DNA from: a virus
Direction: 5' to 3' (one strand)
DNA length: 64,000 nt
IMG/VR virus record: IMGVR_UViG_3300005533_000002
Location: 13,117 to 77,116 of that record
The position numbers were made by a program, and so were the translations under genes. A model generated the notes under the pieces. That model saw nothing but the letters and a program-made list of their open reading frames with translations, was not told the DNA's origin and did no database searches. This document shows, piece by piece, positions 1 through 9,806 of this stretch; positions within the stretch are counted from its first letter, which is position 1, and every line of letters begins with the position of its first letter.

Positions 1-199
1 ATACCGTCTCATCCGCGCCTTGAGCCGACCGCGCCGCCAGTACGATTATCCCATCCCGCAGCTCGCTTTCCATGACCAGGCGCACCGCCCGGCGCACATA
101 GCCGCTGACACTCAACCCGCTGGCCCTGGCAGCCTGCCGAAGTTGCTCCCGATCGTCTACCGTGAATTGGATGATGCGTGACTTGTCACGTGCTGCCAT
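1..199 (-). CDS. Ribbon-helix-helix (CopG/MobC-like) DNA-binding protein, 3' end runs off window
   Basis: Manual translation from ATG at 199 (GGAGGG RBS): MAARDKSRIIQFTVDDREQLRQAARASGLSVSGYVRRAVRLV; strand plus helix-GLSVSGYVR-helix pattern; not in ORF track. Confidence 0.65.
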   Translation of the reverse strand, partial: MAARDKSRIIQFTVDDREQLRQAARASGLSVSGYVRRAVRLVMESELRDGIIVLAARSAQGADETV

Positions 200-271
200 A
201 GCACCCTCCGAGATATTTGACTGAATTGTACAGATAGAGTTACGGAACATGCAAGTCAAAAGTACCATTGC

Positions 272-694
272 GTGTACCAGCACAATGAGGGTATATTGGA
301 ATTGTTGGGCCGACAATGGCGGTCGGGGCTGGTGGGCGACAGCTCCGACCGCTCCTCTTTTTCTCGCCCCTGGAGATTGCGAATGCGTAGTACTTTCGAC
401 AGGTCCGAAGATGTCATGAGGCATGGAACCATCTGCCACCAGTGCCAGGGTTCGGGCAAGGCCAAGAACCCAGCATACTCCCACTGGGAAATTTACGTCG
501 GCGCCTATCTGCCTTGGATCATCGCTTCCGACCCGGCCCGCAACGGCACATGGGAGGAACAGGCGGACTGGGATATGCGGGCCGGCGCTCCACCACGGAG
601 AATCGATTGCTCCAGGTGCCACGGTGAAGGGTACGTACTGCCCACACGCCGCCGCCGCGATAATTATCAAGCTGCGCTCTACGCTGGCGGATAA
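272..694 (+). CDS. Zn-finger protein (CxxCxGxG...CxxCxGxG); true start probably ATG 416
   Basis: CHQCQGSG and CSRCHGEG DnaJ-like Zn motifs; paralogous to N-terminus of 37571-38242. Confidence 0.6.
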   Translation: MYQHNEGILELLGRQWRSGLVGDSSDRSSFSRPWRLRMRSTFDRSEDVMRHGTICHQCQGSGKAKNPAYSHWEIYVGAYLPWIIASDPARNGTWEEQADWDMRAGAPPRRIDCSRCHGEGYVLPTRRRRDNYQAALYAGG

Positions 695-729
695 CCAGCC
701 ATTTCAACCCGTCAACGAAGACGGGTTCA

Positions 730-1113
730 TTATCCATCCCTCAACAGGCCAAACCGTGTCGCCGTAATGGTGAGCGACTCACGCAAGCAGAGTATGTCGT
801 CCACGGCCTGGTTGAACAAGATTTTTCCGGACCGTAGCTTGCGGCACGTCACGCAAATCAAGCCGTCCGTTCCGTCCGTAAGCGAATCGATAACCCCCAT
901 CTCATCCTGGCTCAGGGGCGACGTATGGCCGCGTCCAATCATAGCGGCTTGCGTATGGCTGCGCCGTAGCTCGGTAATCGCGCCGGCCTCGAACTCAGCC
1001 AGTGGAATGGACTTGTTGTACAGTTGGTCGAACAGGTCAAGCAGAACGTCGCGACAGCTCGCGTTGAGTTGGTCGAGCGCGGACAGCTTGGCATGAGCGG
1101 TTGGGCGACTCAT
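730..1113 (-). CDS. Hypothetical protein, possibly minor head/gpF-like
   Basis: ATG at 1113 after GGGG RBS; helical ORF with ELRRSHTQAAMIGRG segment. Confidence 0.4.
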   Translation of the reverse strand: MSRPTAHAKLSALDQLNASCRDVLLDLFDQLYNKSIPLAEFEAGAITELRRSHTQAAMIGRGHTSPLSQDEMGVIDSLTDGTDGLICVTCRKLRSGKILFNQAVDDILCLRESLTITATRFGLLRDG

Positions 1114-1138
1114 GGTACACCCGCCCCATTGCAACATC

Positions 1139-1441
1139 TCAGGAAACCAGATTCCGGGTTGTTTCCCCGTCTTTGCTGCACTTCTCGTCCTTGCCCTCGC
1201 CAAGCACCTTGGGCGCTTTGCCGGAATCCCTGCCGCTGGTTTTGCCTTTGCGGCGCGCGCTGTTGGAGCCATCAGCTTGGCGATTCTTGGCTTCGAGCAC
1301 GTCACGCCGAGCCTTGATGACTGACTGGCCCAGCTGGGTTTGGCTCAGCAGAAACTCCCGCCGTTCCGGCGTCATTTCGCTGGCGTCGGCCCGCTGCTGG
1401 TTCGCCGCATTCACGTTTTGCTTTTCAGCTTTCCCGCTCAT
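1139..1441 (-). CDS. Hypothetical charged protein
   Basis: GGAG RBS, co-oriented with neighbours. Confidence 0.45.
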   Translation of the reverse strand: MSGKAEKQNVNAANQQRADASEMTPERREFLLSQTQLGQSVIKARRDVLEAKNRQADGSNSARRKGKTSGRDSGKAPKVLGEGKDEKCSKDGETTRNLVS

Positions 1442-1507
1442 GATGCTGCTCCGAGTTTGTGGTGGGCTCGGCGTGGGGCCGAGCCGAGCTATGCCGTTAT
1501 TTTAGAG

Positions 1508-2053
1508 TCATGCCGGCTTGCGCACAATGCACTCTATCGAGTATTCGCCCTGTGGGTGCTCGTTACCGATGCGCCTGTAGCCTTCATCAAGCACCCGGAA
1601 CGACACAATCTCACCGTTGGCCAGCGTCTGATACACCGTCTGGAACAACCCGAGCGTATGCGGGTTCTCGGCCCGGTGTGGCAGGTAAAACCACTTGTGG
1701 TCTGGATTCCACTGGCTGGGCAGCTTTTTGCGGCATTCGTACAGATCCCGGTGTGGCACCACGACGATAAGATGTCCGCCCTTGGCCAGAATACGCCACC
1801 AGTTTTGCAAAGCGATGCGCGGCTGCGTCAAGTGCTCAAGAACGTGACTGGCGTAGACAGTCGTGTACGTCTCGTTCTTGACGCCAGTCATTAACGTGGC
1901 ATCGCCGTTGCCAAGCTGATAATCCCACTTGCCGAATGTGCTGTGCAGCGGGTCGGCGCCGCAACCGATATCGATGCCCGGCTTGTCGGCCGGAGCGTAC
2001 CGATCGTACCAGCCTTCGACGAACCGGCGAGCATGCGACTTAGCGGTTTCCAT
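1508..2053 (-). CDS. Class I SAM-dependent methyltransferase (Methyltransf_11-like)
   Basis: IDIGCG motif I, YASHVLEH, WWRILAKGGHLIVVVP; overlaps end of TPR-GT gene. Confidence 0.85.
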   Translation of the reverse strand: METAKSHARRFVEGWYDRYAPADKPGIDIGCGADPLHSTFGKWDYQLGNGDATLMTGVKNETYTTVYASHVLEHLTQPRIALQNWWRILAKGGHLIVVVPHRDLYECRKKLPSQWNPDHKWFYLPHRAENPHTLGLFQTVYQTLANGEIVSFRVLDEGYRRIGNEHPQGEYSIECIVRKPA

Positions 2054-3437
2054 GCTTCATTACCTCTAATTGAAGGTTGCAAACTACTTCATGAATTACC
2101 GATTCCCAATCGCCATAACGCGGCTGCCGGAACAGCCGCACGGTTGGATACCAAGGCGAATCCGATCGGTCTAGCAGCCAGCGCCAATCGGGCGCGCAGA
2201 TGATCAGATTCCAGACGGGACGGCCCATCGCTCCGGCCAGGTGGACCAAGGACGTATCCACCGAGATGATGAGGTCGAGCGCCGCACAGGCCCCGGCAGC
2301 GTCCTCAAATGTCGAGAGATCAAAGCGCCCGCCCCAGTCACGCATCAGCAAGCTGGCCACGCCGGCTTCCAGAGGCTCTTTCGACTCGGGACCAGTCTGG
2401 AGACTGAAGAAGCGAACACCGGGCAGCCGAAGCAGCGGCTCGAATGTTTGCACGGGCACAGACCGGTCGCGGTCGCGACCGTGAACCGGATTGCCGCGCC
2501 ACTTGAGGCCAACGTTCAGGCTTCGGTGGCTGTGGTCCAGCTCATTGCGCCATTTCGCGGCGGCCGCCTCAGTGGCATGCAGGTATGGCACCCCGCCCGG
2601 AATCGTCTCCAGCGTCGTGCCGAGAGCGCCAGCGAGGTTGATCAGGCTGCATGACGCATCGAACTTGAAGGCGTGCTTGCCGTACGGTACATAGTCATCG
2701 ACCCAAGGATACGTTCGCCTGAACAGAGGGATAAGGGCCGCCTCGGTGACGAAGATTATCCGCGCCGGATTCTTGGCCTTAACCAACGGCAGGTAGCGGA
2801 CGAATTGAATCGTATCGCCCAAGCCCTGTTCCGAGTTGATGAAGATGGTTTTGCCCGTGAGATCGGAGCCATCCCATTGCGGTTCGCAAATGACGCCCAG
2901 CTTGGTATCGCTGCACTTCCACCGCCATTCGTATTGGCCGAAACCACGTCGCAAATCACCTTGCACGAGTCGCAAAATTGCGATGTTCCGATGGGCTTCC
3001 GGATACACCGGATTGATGGCCAAGGCCATGCTGTAGGCTGCCATCGCCTCATCGTAGTTGCCCAGATAACTGTGAATAACACCGATGCCGCAATGAGCCT
3101 CGACGTAGCGCGGCCGAAGGCGTAACGCCGCTTGAAAACACTCCATGCCGGCATCATATTCCCCGAATGTCGTCAGGACCGCCCCAAGGTTGCGGTGCGG
3201 GTCCGGGTAATCTGGCTTGATCTTGATGGCCCGGCGAAAGTGGCCGGCGGCCTCGGTGAAGCGCCTCTCGTTACTCAGCATGACGCCAAGGTTGTTGTGG
3301 CATTCCGGATTGTTCGGATCGGTGCGCATAGCTCGTTCGTAAGCCGCGATTGAATTCGGCGCGTCGCCCTTGCTGGCCATGACATTGGCCTTGGCAATGG
3401 TAACAGCGTGGGACAAGGCTCGTGCTTTCCGTGACAT
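2040..3437 (-). CDS. TPR-repeat protein fused to GT-B glycosyltransferase (family 9-like)
   Basis: About 4 TPRs (CHNNLGVML, PHRNLGAVL) then EQGLGDTIQFVRY, LDLIISVDTSLVHLAGAMG, DWRW..SPWYP motifs. Confidence 0.9.
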   Translation of the reverse strand: MSRKARALSHAVTIAKANVMASKGDAPNSIAAYERAMRTDPNNPECHNNLGVMLSNERRFTEAAGHFRRAIKIKPDYPDPHRNLGAVLTTFGEYDAGMECFQAALRLRPRYVEAHCGIGVIHSYLGNYDEAMAAYSMALAINPVYPEAHRNIAILRLVQGDLRRGFGQYEWRWKCSDTKLGVICEPQWDGSDLTGKTIFINSEQGLGDTIQFVRYLPLVKAKNPARIIFVTEAALIPLFRRTYPWVDDYVPYGKHAFKFDASCSLINLAGALGTTLETIPGGVPYLHATEAAAAKWRNELDHSHRSLNVGLKWRGNPVHGRDRDRSVPVQTFEPLLRLPGVRFFSLQTGPESKEPLEAGVASLLMRDWGGRFDLSTFEDAAGACAALDLIISVDTSLVHLAGAMGRPVWNLIICAPDWRWLLDRSDSPWYPTVRLFRQPRYGDWESVIHEVVCNLQLEVMKHGNR

Positions 3438-3530
3438 AAAAATGGGGCCGGCCGCATGCTACGACAGCCGGCCCCGCGCAAGGAGAGTGTCTATGAGACC
3501 GTGGTTACGACGCCACTCACGGCTTGGCGG

Positions 3531-4040
3531 CTATCCTCCAGATTCGATCTGCGGCACATGGCCATTGTGTTGCGGCTTCGGCGGCAACTTCACCGGGTGA
3601 TTCTTCTGCTCTGGCTGCATCAGCAGGTCCAGCTCTTCGAGCTTGCCGAGCCAGTGCCGAAGCAGTCCCGTGTACTCTTTGAGCCGCTCCCGAAGCGGGC
3701 GCAGATTGTCGAATTCGACCACTTCGGGATGCTGGCGGATGAACTCGACCATATTTTCTAGCCTGGTTGGATCAAGACGGGCCGGCATGTGGTTGAGATA
3801 CATCACGCCAAACTCTACGCCGAACTCGTAAGGCTTACCGACATTAGACGCCAAGAAGTCTTCGAACTCGGCAATCGCCTTGGCCTGGTCTTCGTTCTGT
3901 GCCACTGCCGGCATGCCGGTGAGAATGGCGATGAGTTCCCGCTTGAGATTGGTTTCGCTCACCTTGAACTTAAGCGTGCAGAAGCCGCTGCCCGAGACGA
4001 AGCACTCATTCGGATCGATATCTACGTTAAGCTGACCCAC
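3531..4040 (-). CDS. Hypothetical protein
   Basis: GTG at 4040 after AAGGAG. Confidence 0.55.
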   Translation of the reverse strand: MGQLNVDIDPNECFVSGSGFCTLKFKVSETNLKRELIAILTGMPAVAQNEDQAKAIAEFEDFLASNVGKPYEFGVEFGVMYLNHMPARLDPTRLENMVEFIRQHPEVVEFDNLRPLRERLKEYTGLLRHWLGKLEELDLLMQPEQKNHPVKLPPKPQHNGHVPQIESGG

Positions 4041-4060
4041 TGTTTCTGCTCCTTGTTTTA

Positions 4061-4567
4061 TTACGGTGCCGGCCACGCGCCAGCGTAGTAAGCTTCCGGA
4101 CCGACGATGCAACGCAAGCGATACAGGCATTCGCGACGCCGGCACCAGAAGTTAGATTCCTCTTGGGCATCGGCCGCCGTACGCCAGAATTCCGCAAGCT
4201 TGCGATCGTTAGCTAGTGCTAGGTCCGCCCAGTCCATCAAGTATAACCGCTCGTGCCGCACCGCTTCCAGCCATATTTGCCGCTCGGTGACGAAGACGAG
4301 GCGTTGCAAACAGGTGGCCTGCGAGGGCAACCGGCGGCAATCGGCAATAGACGGATAGCCAAAGCATTCCCAATAGCGGTTGCGGACCCAGCAAAGCTCG
4401 GACCGGAAGTTGGGCATCCACCTACAGTTCGGCCCGGAAACTTCCAGGTCGTTAGCCACGTCTTTAAGGGCATCCCAGCAGTATGCCGGCGCATCGACAG
4501 GGATGGCGGATTCCGGGATGCCACAGCAGGGGGCTGTGATCAGGACGAGAATCAAGTATTTGATCAT
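4061..4567 (-). CDS. Exported hypothetical protein resembling a Gemmataceae-conserved family
   Basis: Hydrophobic N-terminus; PSIADCRRLP...RRRECLYRLRCIVGPEAYYAG pattern recognised from planctomycete proteins (from memory). Confidence 0.55.
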   Translation of the reverse strand: MIKYLILVLITAPCCGIPESAIPVDAPAYCWDALKDVANDLEVSGPNCRWMPNFRSELCWVRNRYWECFGYPSIADCRRLPSQATCLQRLVFVTERQIWLEAVRHERLYLMDWADLALANDRKLAEFWRTAADAQEESNFWCRRRECLYRLRCIVGPEAYYAGAWPAP

Positions 4568-4583
4568 GGCAGTTCGCCACTCC

Positions 4584-5000
4584 CTAGTAAGTGCCGCTGC
4601 CAGTCGCGATCGTCGTTCGGTTCCAATTGGTGTCATACCAGTAGATGGTAACGGTGGCACTATCGCCGGGAGCCAAGCCAGCCGAACCAGGCTCATTCAC
4701 GGAGTAAGACCCAGTCACGTAACCAAAATCCCAAGGAATATACGTTCCCTGAGGTAGAGGCGCCGAATAGATCCAGGACGTACCGTTGGCCTGGAATGTC
4801 TGCACGGTGATCCAATAGCCATTGCCGCTGCCATTGTCGATGAGATACGGATCAATGATCCCGTAGATGTGGACCGAGCCATCCTGATTAGCCGCAAACT
4901 TGACCGAGACGGTTGTCTGTCCGTTGCCGGCTCGGACAAGAGGCGAGGCCGGACATGCGGCCAACGCCATGACAAAAAACCACAGAAGAAGACGCTTCAC
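4584..5000 (-). CDS. Secreted beta-rich protein
   Basis: GTG start after GGAGGG; signal peptide KRLLLWFFVMALAA. Confidence 0.65.
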   Translation of the reverse strand: MKRLLLWFFVMALAACPASPLVRAGNGQTTVSVKFAANQDGSVHIYGIIDPYLIDNGSGNGYWITVQTFQANGTSWIYSAPLPQGTYIPWDFGYVTGSYSVNEPGSAGLAPGDSATVTIYWYDTNWNRTTIATGSGTY

Positions 5001-5019
5001 GAAAAAACCCTCCAAACAC

Positions 5020-5053
5020 TTGACTTTGAACAGGGGAAAGCTAAGCTTTCCCC
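5020..5053 (+). promoter_or_regulatory. Sigma70-like promoter overlapped by a perfect palindrome (candidate operator)
   Basis: TTGACT-16-TAAGCT; GGGGAAAGCT-A-AGCTTTCCCC at 5033-5053; AAGGAG RBS follows. Confidence 0.5.
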
Positions 5054-5068
5054 CAAAGGAGAAAAACT

Positions 5069-5518
5069 ATGCGAATCAACCGAAGAAGGGCTTTGGGTAT
5101 CCTGGCCGCAGCGCTGGCCGTCCCCAGTGCAGCCCTCACGTATTTCTTCAGACAGCGTCCAAAGCGGAAACTGGACTGCCACGATGTCGCCATCGAGTAT
5201 GCCCGCGCCCTCCTTGGATTCGAAAACGGCAGGCCGACTACTCCGCAAGATTGCTGTTCTCCAGCGCCTCCAGCCGGACTATCTGAAGAGCAGGCTATCA
5301 CGATTGGTTGCGTGATAGGTGCTACAAACCGAATATGCGATTCTTCCAATCCATCCGAAGCAGAAATTACAAAACGATTTTTCCGCGAATACGTTGTGCC
5401 ACGGGCACGCAAGGCGAAACTTGAAAAATTCATATACGAGATTAAGGATCTTGCCACCAATGCGTACGCTGACAAAATCAAGAAATACGGTTTCACTCTC
5501 GAACCGTGGCATTACTGA
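5069..5518 (+). CDS. Moron-like gene with twin-arginine-like leader or membrane anchor
   Basis: MRINRRRALGILAAALAV; own promoter and RBS; opposite to flanking genes. Confidence 0.65.
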   Translation: MRINRRRALGILAAALAVPSAALTYFFRQRPKRKLDCHDVAIEYARALLGFENGRPTTPQDCCSPAPPAGLSEEQAITIGCVIGATNRICDSSNPSEAEITKRFFREYVVPRARKAKLEKFIYEIKDLATNAYADKIKKYGFTLEPWHY

Positions 5519-8500
5519 ACTTTGATCATCGCCGTTGCGGTTGCGCGGCCCCAAGAACCCTGAGCCTCGAATTCTGCCATGCAGAGGTACGTTCCGGGCG
5601 GAAGACTCCACAAAGTGAATTTGGTCGTTCCGTCTGAATTCAGAACGTGGGGGAATGCTTGGTTGTTCTGGAATCCGCTGTAAGACATCGTCAGCGTTCC
5701 CCGTGGGATTGTACCATCCGAAGACGACACACTCACGTTTAGCGTCGGATCTTTTTGGTTGCCCGAATAGATCGGCGAAAGAGGAGCAGAGATGGTAATG
5801 GTAGTTACCTGGCTCCCCCCCCCTCCAGAAGGCTCCACAATTAAATCGCCCCGACCTTTGCTAGTCTGGAAGTTTCCAGTCGGAACAAAAGTAGCGTCTA
5901 GAGTGTAATCACCAGGTCCGCCCGTAGGATGCAAGTTGTAGCTGGCGATTCCGCGCGAATCAAGACTGGCGACAATAGGGATTCCACCACTCACGGATAA
6001 CTTGACGCTACCAGTGGGAGTGCCGCTGTTCGAAGTCACGCTGACGTTGACAATCGCATTCGAACCGTCCGTCACCGACGGCGCACTGATTGACAGCGTT
6101 GTGGCGATCGGCCCGCTCCCGCCCCCGCCGTTGCCAAACGGATTGACAGTTAGGTCAGCATGGGCGGTGCAGCCTTGGAAGTTTCCAGTCGGTACGTAGG
6201 TAGCGTCCAGCGTGTAATCACCTGGGCCGCCAGTCGGGAGCAAGTTGATGCTGGCCGTGCCGCTTCCACCCAGCGTAAGCGGGAATGGCTTTCCGCCGCT
6301 GACAGACATCTGCACAGTTCCGATCGGTGTGCCGCCAGCCGATTGCACCGTTACCGTAACCGTAGCAATCGAGCCGTCCGTGATCGGCGGAGCCGAAATA
6401 GACATTGTCGTTGCTGCCGGGCTTCCGCCGCCTCCGCCCGTAGTGACGACTTTGATTTGCTGCTTCGTGCTGTCGATCTCGCCGATTGAGTTCTGTGCTG
6501 GATACTCAGCCCAGACCCTATAGGTGATGCCGGGAGGCTGCATGACGAGACTGGCGAAGTGATAGACCGTCTGGCCGTTGCCATCCAGCGTGTGCTGGAA
6601 AGGCGAGCCGGGGAAGCCGTCGATATGGAGCCAGACGTTTCCCGACAGTGGGTTGCCCCTGCCGTCCGTCACAGTCACGGTGGCTGTGGGGTCCTGTCCC
6701 GCTATCATCGTGGCCGGGATAGGAGAGACGGATACAGAAGGCACAGCGGGTGCCGGCGGGGGCGGCGAATCGACCAGAATAGAGCTTATTGGACCATCGT
6801 TGGAGCCGGCGTACTTGGTGTCATCGTCGGGCGAGAAGTTAGCGTCGAAACCCACAGCTACGCCCCCGGTTCCCCACGTGTCGAGCCAATTGTCTGCTGC
6901 ATTGCCAAATTGTGATGGAAAGAAGGCGAATTGAGATTGGTCCGGATAGTGAAACGAAGCCACCGATAACGCGGCAACGTTCCCAAAGAGAACCACATCC
7001 GTTACTGTCACGGTTCCCGGCGGCGTTGAGCCATCGTCCGCCGTTACCTGAACGGACCCAGTCCGCTGTGTATCGTCTCGGTAAATCGGATTCGGCACAG
7101 TCAGCTTTATGTGCGTAGGTACCACGCTGGAAACCACGCCCGGATAGACCACCAATGTCTGCGGGCCGCTGTCGCTTTCCTGGTAGTCGCCTTGAGCGGG
7201 AAAGTTGGCGTCTAACTGGTAGGTGCCGGGTGCTAGGCCGCTGAGATCAAAGGCTGCTTGGTTTTGGGTGAATTCAACCGTGCCAAGAACCAATCCGAAC
7301 GGGCTACCAGTGAGCGGCGAGAAGTTGCCCGTCTTGGGGTCTTGCACCGAAATGCTCAGATTCACCTTGAAGCCAGCCAGGTTGGCGCCGTCGTTGGCGT
7401 TGGTTTGAACATACGCCGACACTGGCACCACAGGGCCGGCGGTAAAGCTTGACGGAAGCTGCAAGGTTGTCTGAGTCGGAACTGTTTTGCCAATCACTTC
7501 TGTATCGCGCCATCCGGTGCAGCGGCTACTATATCCGTTCTGTCGATCGTAATATGCCATAAGTATCCAGTGCTGCCTTCCAAGCGACGAGAGATCAAAG
7601 TTGGCGTCTCCATTGCTGTCAAGATCCTGGTAAAGAGATAGGCTTTGCCCGTCATCTCCAGTACATACCAATTCCACTGTTCCCGCCGGACTAGACCAAT
7701 CAATCGCGTCAACATGCGCCGTTATCGTGGAGCCGCTGTCAGCATAGTATATGTCAGGCGGCTCCAAGGTGATTTCTGTTGCGACCTCCTCCTGAACTGT
7801 CAGTTCGTATACGTCACTCTGCGCGTCGGCAAAGCCGTTGTCACTGTGGTATCGGAGCTGAATCTGATACACTCCAGGATCGAAATCTTGTGAAAACGAG
7901 GCGGCCGCCGATTCGTTCAAATTGCAGGTTGTATAAAGTTTTCCATTAACTATAACGTCCACCTTACCCTGTGGCACCGGGTCGCCATCGTCGTCAGATT
8001 TCAAATACATGTAAGCAGTTGGAACCGGTACAGGAATGCTACGAAATTTAGGAATTATCGGAGGAGCTTTCAGCCTTAATTTGAGTCCTTTCTGCAAAGC
8101 TCCGGGAAGTCCGTGCTCAAGCGGAATGCTTATGTCCAATTCCAATTCAAAATTGAGATGTCCAAGGGGGAACGGGTTTGGTATTCTTATCTTCTCCTTC
8201 TTGTTCTTAAGGTTATTGACGGTGTACCCCCAACGTTCCCCGTTTCCAAAAATCCATGCAGCAACAGCCTTGTCTTTGTCGCACGGCCGGTATTTGCTCC
8301 ACTTAGGAAAGCTGGTTCCTATTTCCAGTTTCGGGTTCGGGTCAAGCTCTGCCCAGCAGCCACCAAAGGTGTTGAGTATCTTTGCCCCCACGGGGGCTAG
8401 AACAAATGGCGGTCCTTTTGCCGACCCAAAAGTAGCGGGCTGATCTATCATGCTGCTGCCGTTGGCATACCAGAACCATTTCTGTCGAGTTGTAAAAAGC

Positions 8501-9171
8501 GGCTGCTCTCTTAGGTGATGATCTGTGCCAATCCAAGGCTCGCCTTCTCTCGCTTTGTCGAAATACATCCATTCTCCCTGTGCATACTGAATGGAATACT
8601 GTTTCAGCGTGAGCTTTGGCGCGTAGGTGGTTTGGATAATTTGACACCACTGATACAGAGAGCGAGGAATCGTCGTTCCGACCGAACCAATGGACAGCCT
8701 AGCTCCAGAGATTCCGTAATCGTCCTCGTACGGATCTAGGATCGGAATTGGTCGCCAGTCACGCTGGTTCAGGCCTAGGGAAACGCCGTTAACGTCTGGG
8801 ATTCCTGTCTCGGCATACACGCCGTAGCGTACAGGCATAAGGAAGGAACCGATGGCTCCTTGAGCGTTGCGTGGCTCCGGATCTATCAGTAAATATGGCA
8901 CCGGTTTGTCAAGAGGCCCCCGTGGCATATAGAAAAGCTTTTGATACGTCAAGAAAGTGAATTTTGGAAACAGAATGTCTCCCCCACCCGGATCAGATAA
9001 CTGAATCCATTCGCTACGGTACGGGGTTGCGGTAACTACAATTTGGTTTCCGTCTGGACCCGCCGGCCCAATTGCTTGGGCCGGACTGGCAACCATCGTG
9101 CTGACTCTTTGCGCCTGTGCAATCCCAACAGAGAATAGAAGAATGATGGCTGCGAGGGTAAGGTTTCTCAA
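5512..9171 (-). CDS. Large secreted protein with multiple bacterial Ig-like (Big_3-like) domains
   Basis: Signal peptide ending AQA; repeated G.V...V.G...L..G.A......G.Y.L.A.Y domains, two near-duplicate (PTGGPGDYTLDAT.VPTGNFQ). Confidence 0.8.
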   Translation of the reverse strand: MRNLTLAAIILLFSVGIAQAQRVSTMVASPAQAIGPAGPDGNQIVVTATPYRSEWIQLSDPGGGDILFPKFTFLTYQKLFYMPRGPLDKPVPYLLIDPEPRNAQGAIGSFLMPVRYGVYAETGIPDVNGVSLGLNQRDWRPIPILDPYEDDYGISGARLSIGSVGTTIPRSLYQWCQIIQTTYAPKLTLKQYSIQYAQGEWMYFDKAREGEPWIGTDHHLREQPLFTTRQKWFWYANGSSMIDQPATFGSAKGPPFVLAPVGAKILNTFGGCWAELDPNPKLEIGTSFPKWSKYRPCDKDKAVAAWIFGNGERWGYTVNNLKNKKEKIRIPNPFPLGHLNFELELDISIPLEHGLPGALQKGLKLRLKAPPIIPKFRSIPVPVPTAYMYLKSDDDGDPVPQGKVDVIVNGKLYTTCNLNESAAASFSQDFDPGVYQIQLRYHSDNGFADAQSDVYELTVQEEVATEITLEPPDIYYADSGSTITAHVDAIDWSSPAGTVELVCTGDDGQSLSLYQDLDSNGDANFDLSSLGRQHWILMAYYDRQNGYSSRCTGWRDTEVIGKTVPTQTTLQLPSSFTAGPVVPVSAYVQTNANDGANLAGFKVNLSISVQDPKTGNFSPLTGSPFGLVLGTVEFTQNQAAFDLSGLAPGTYQLDANFPAQGDYQESDSGPQTLVVYPGVVSSVVPTHIKLTVPNPIYRDDTQRTGSVQVTADDGSTPPGTVTVTDVVLFGNVAALSVASFHYPDQSQFAFFPSQFGNAADNWLDTWGTGGVAVGFDANFSPDDDTKYAGSNDGPISSILVDSPPPPAPAVPSVSVSPIPATMIAGQDPTATVTVTDGRGNPLSGNVWLHIDGFPGSPFQHTLDGNGQTVYHFASLVMQPPGITYRVWAEYPAQNSIGEIDSTKQQIKVVTTGGGGGSPAATTMSISAPPITDGSIATVTVTVQSAGGTPIGTVQMSVSGGKPFPLTLGGSGTASINLLPTGGPGDYTLDATYVPTGNFQGCTAHADLTVNPFGNGGGGSGPIATTLSISAPSVTDGSNAIVNVSVTSNSGTPTGSVKLSVSGGIPIVASLDSRGIASYNLHPTGGPGDYTLDATFVPTGNFQTSKGRGDLIVEPSGGGGSQVTTITISAPLSPIYSGNQKDPTLNVSVSSSDGTIPRGTLTMSYSGFQNNQAFPHVLNSDGTTKFTLWSLPPGTYLCMAEFEAQGSWGRATATAMIKVQ

Positions 9172-9193
9172 GAAACTTCTCCCGTTAAAGCGA

Positions 9194-9225
9194 TATGGGC
9201 TCGGGCCGCAAAGCCCGAGCCCATA
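9194..9225. terminator. Intergenic 13-bp hairpin (weak terminator or mRNA stabiliser)
   Basis: TATGGGCTCGGGC-CGCAAA-GCCCGAGCCCATA; poor U-tract on the coding strand. Confidence 0.45.
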
Positions 9226-9235
9226 AATAAAATGA

Positions 9236-9793
9236 CTAGTCAGGAATCACGGCGACATGGAAGGTCCACGAACCGGGATGGTTATTCCACCCAGTCGCCC
9301 ACTTGGCACGAATCCGCCGGCCGATGCCCCACTGGTTGATGTTGTTCCCGGCAAGACTGCCGTCCGAATTCGTTTGCGGAATAACCGGCCACGTCGCCGA
9401 GGATGGGTCGGCAAGGGCCAGCGGCACGCAGACCGTCATCGTGTTTGTGAACGAAGCGAACGAAGCCGTGTACGAAGCAAAGTCGTTCCAGGTTTGCCCA
9501 TTGTCGGCGCTGCTTTGGAAGTAAACCCACAGCGTTCCGTTTTGTGGCGCCGACGAAATCTGAATCAGCCCCATCAACTTCTTGTTGAATTTCACGTCTA
9601 CGCCGTGGGCTCTTGGTGCAACATTTGGCGTAGACCCGAGGCCAATACCAGCATTCCAAATGGACGTTGGCGGAATCAGCTCGACCTGACGGCCCATGCC
9701 CTGCGTGGAAGAGTACTGGGCATACGACAGGGCAACCAGTGAAGAGGCACCCACCAAAGCGAGAACGGCTAAGATTACTAGCCATTTCTTCAT
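9236..9793 (-). CDS. Secreted beta-sandwich protein with Asp-box, paralog 1
   Basis: Signal peptide; YFQSSADNGQTWNDF. Confidence 0.75.
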   Translation of the reverse strand: MKKWLVILAVLALVGASSLVALSYAQYSSTQGMGRQVELIPPTSIWNAGIGLGSTPNVAPRAHGVDVKFNKKLMGLIQISSAPQNGTLWVYFQSSADNGQTWNDFASYTASFASFTNTMTVCVPLALADPSSATWPVIPQTNSDGSLAGNNINQWGIGRRIRAKWATGWNNHPGSWTFHVAVIPD

Positions 9794-9806
9794 GAGGCAC
9801 CCCCTT

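Noticed and set aside
519-737. Minus-strand 72-aa ORF coupled to 730-1113
   Set aside because: Conflicts with the plus-strand Zn-finger gene, which has paralog support
1466-1496. Second GGY-NN tract
   Set aside because: Only 3-4 imperfect units, explained by a GCTCGGC/GCCGAGC hairpin
3444-3476. GC hairpin upstream of the TPR-GT gene as a riboswitch (similar hairpin near 37510)
   Set aside because: Simple stem-loop with no recognisable aptamer
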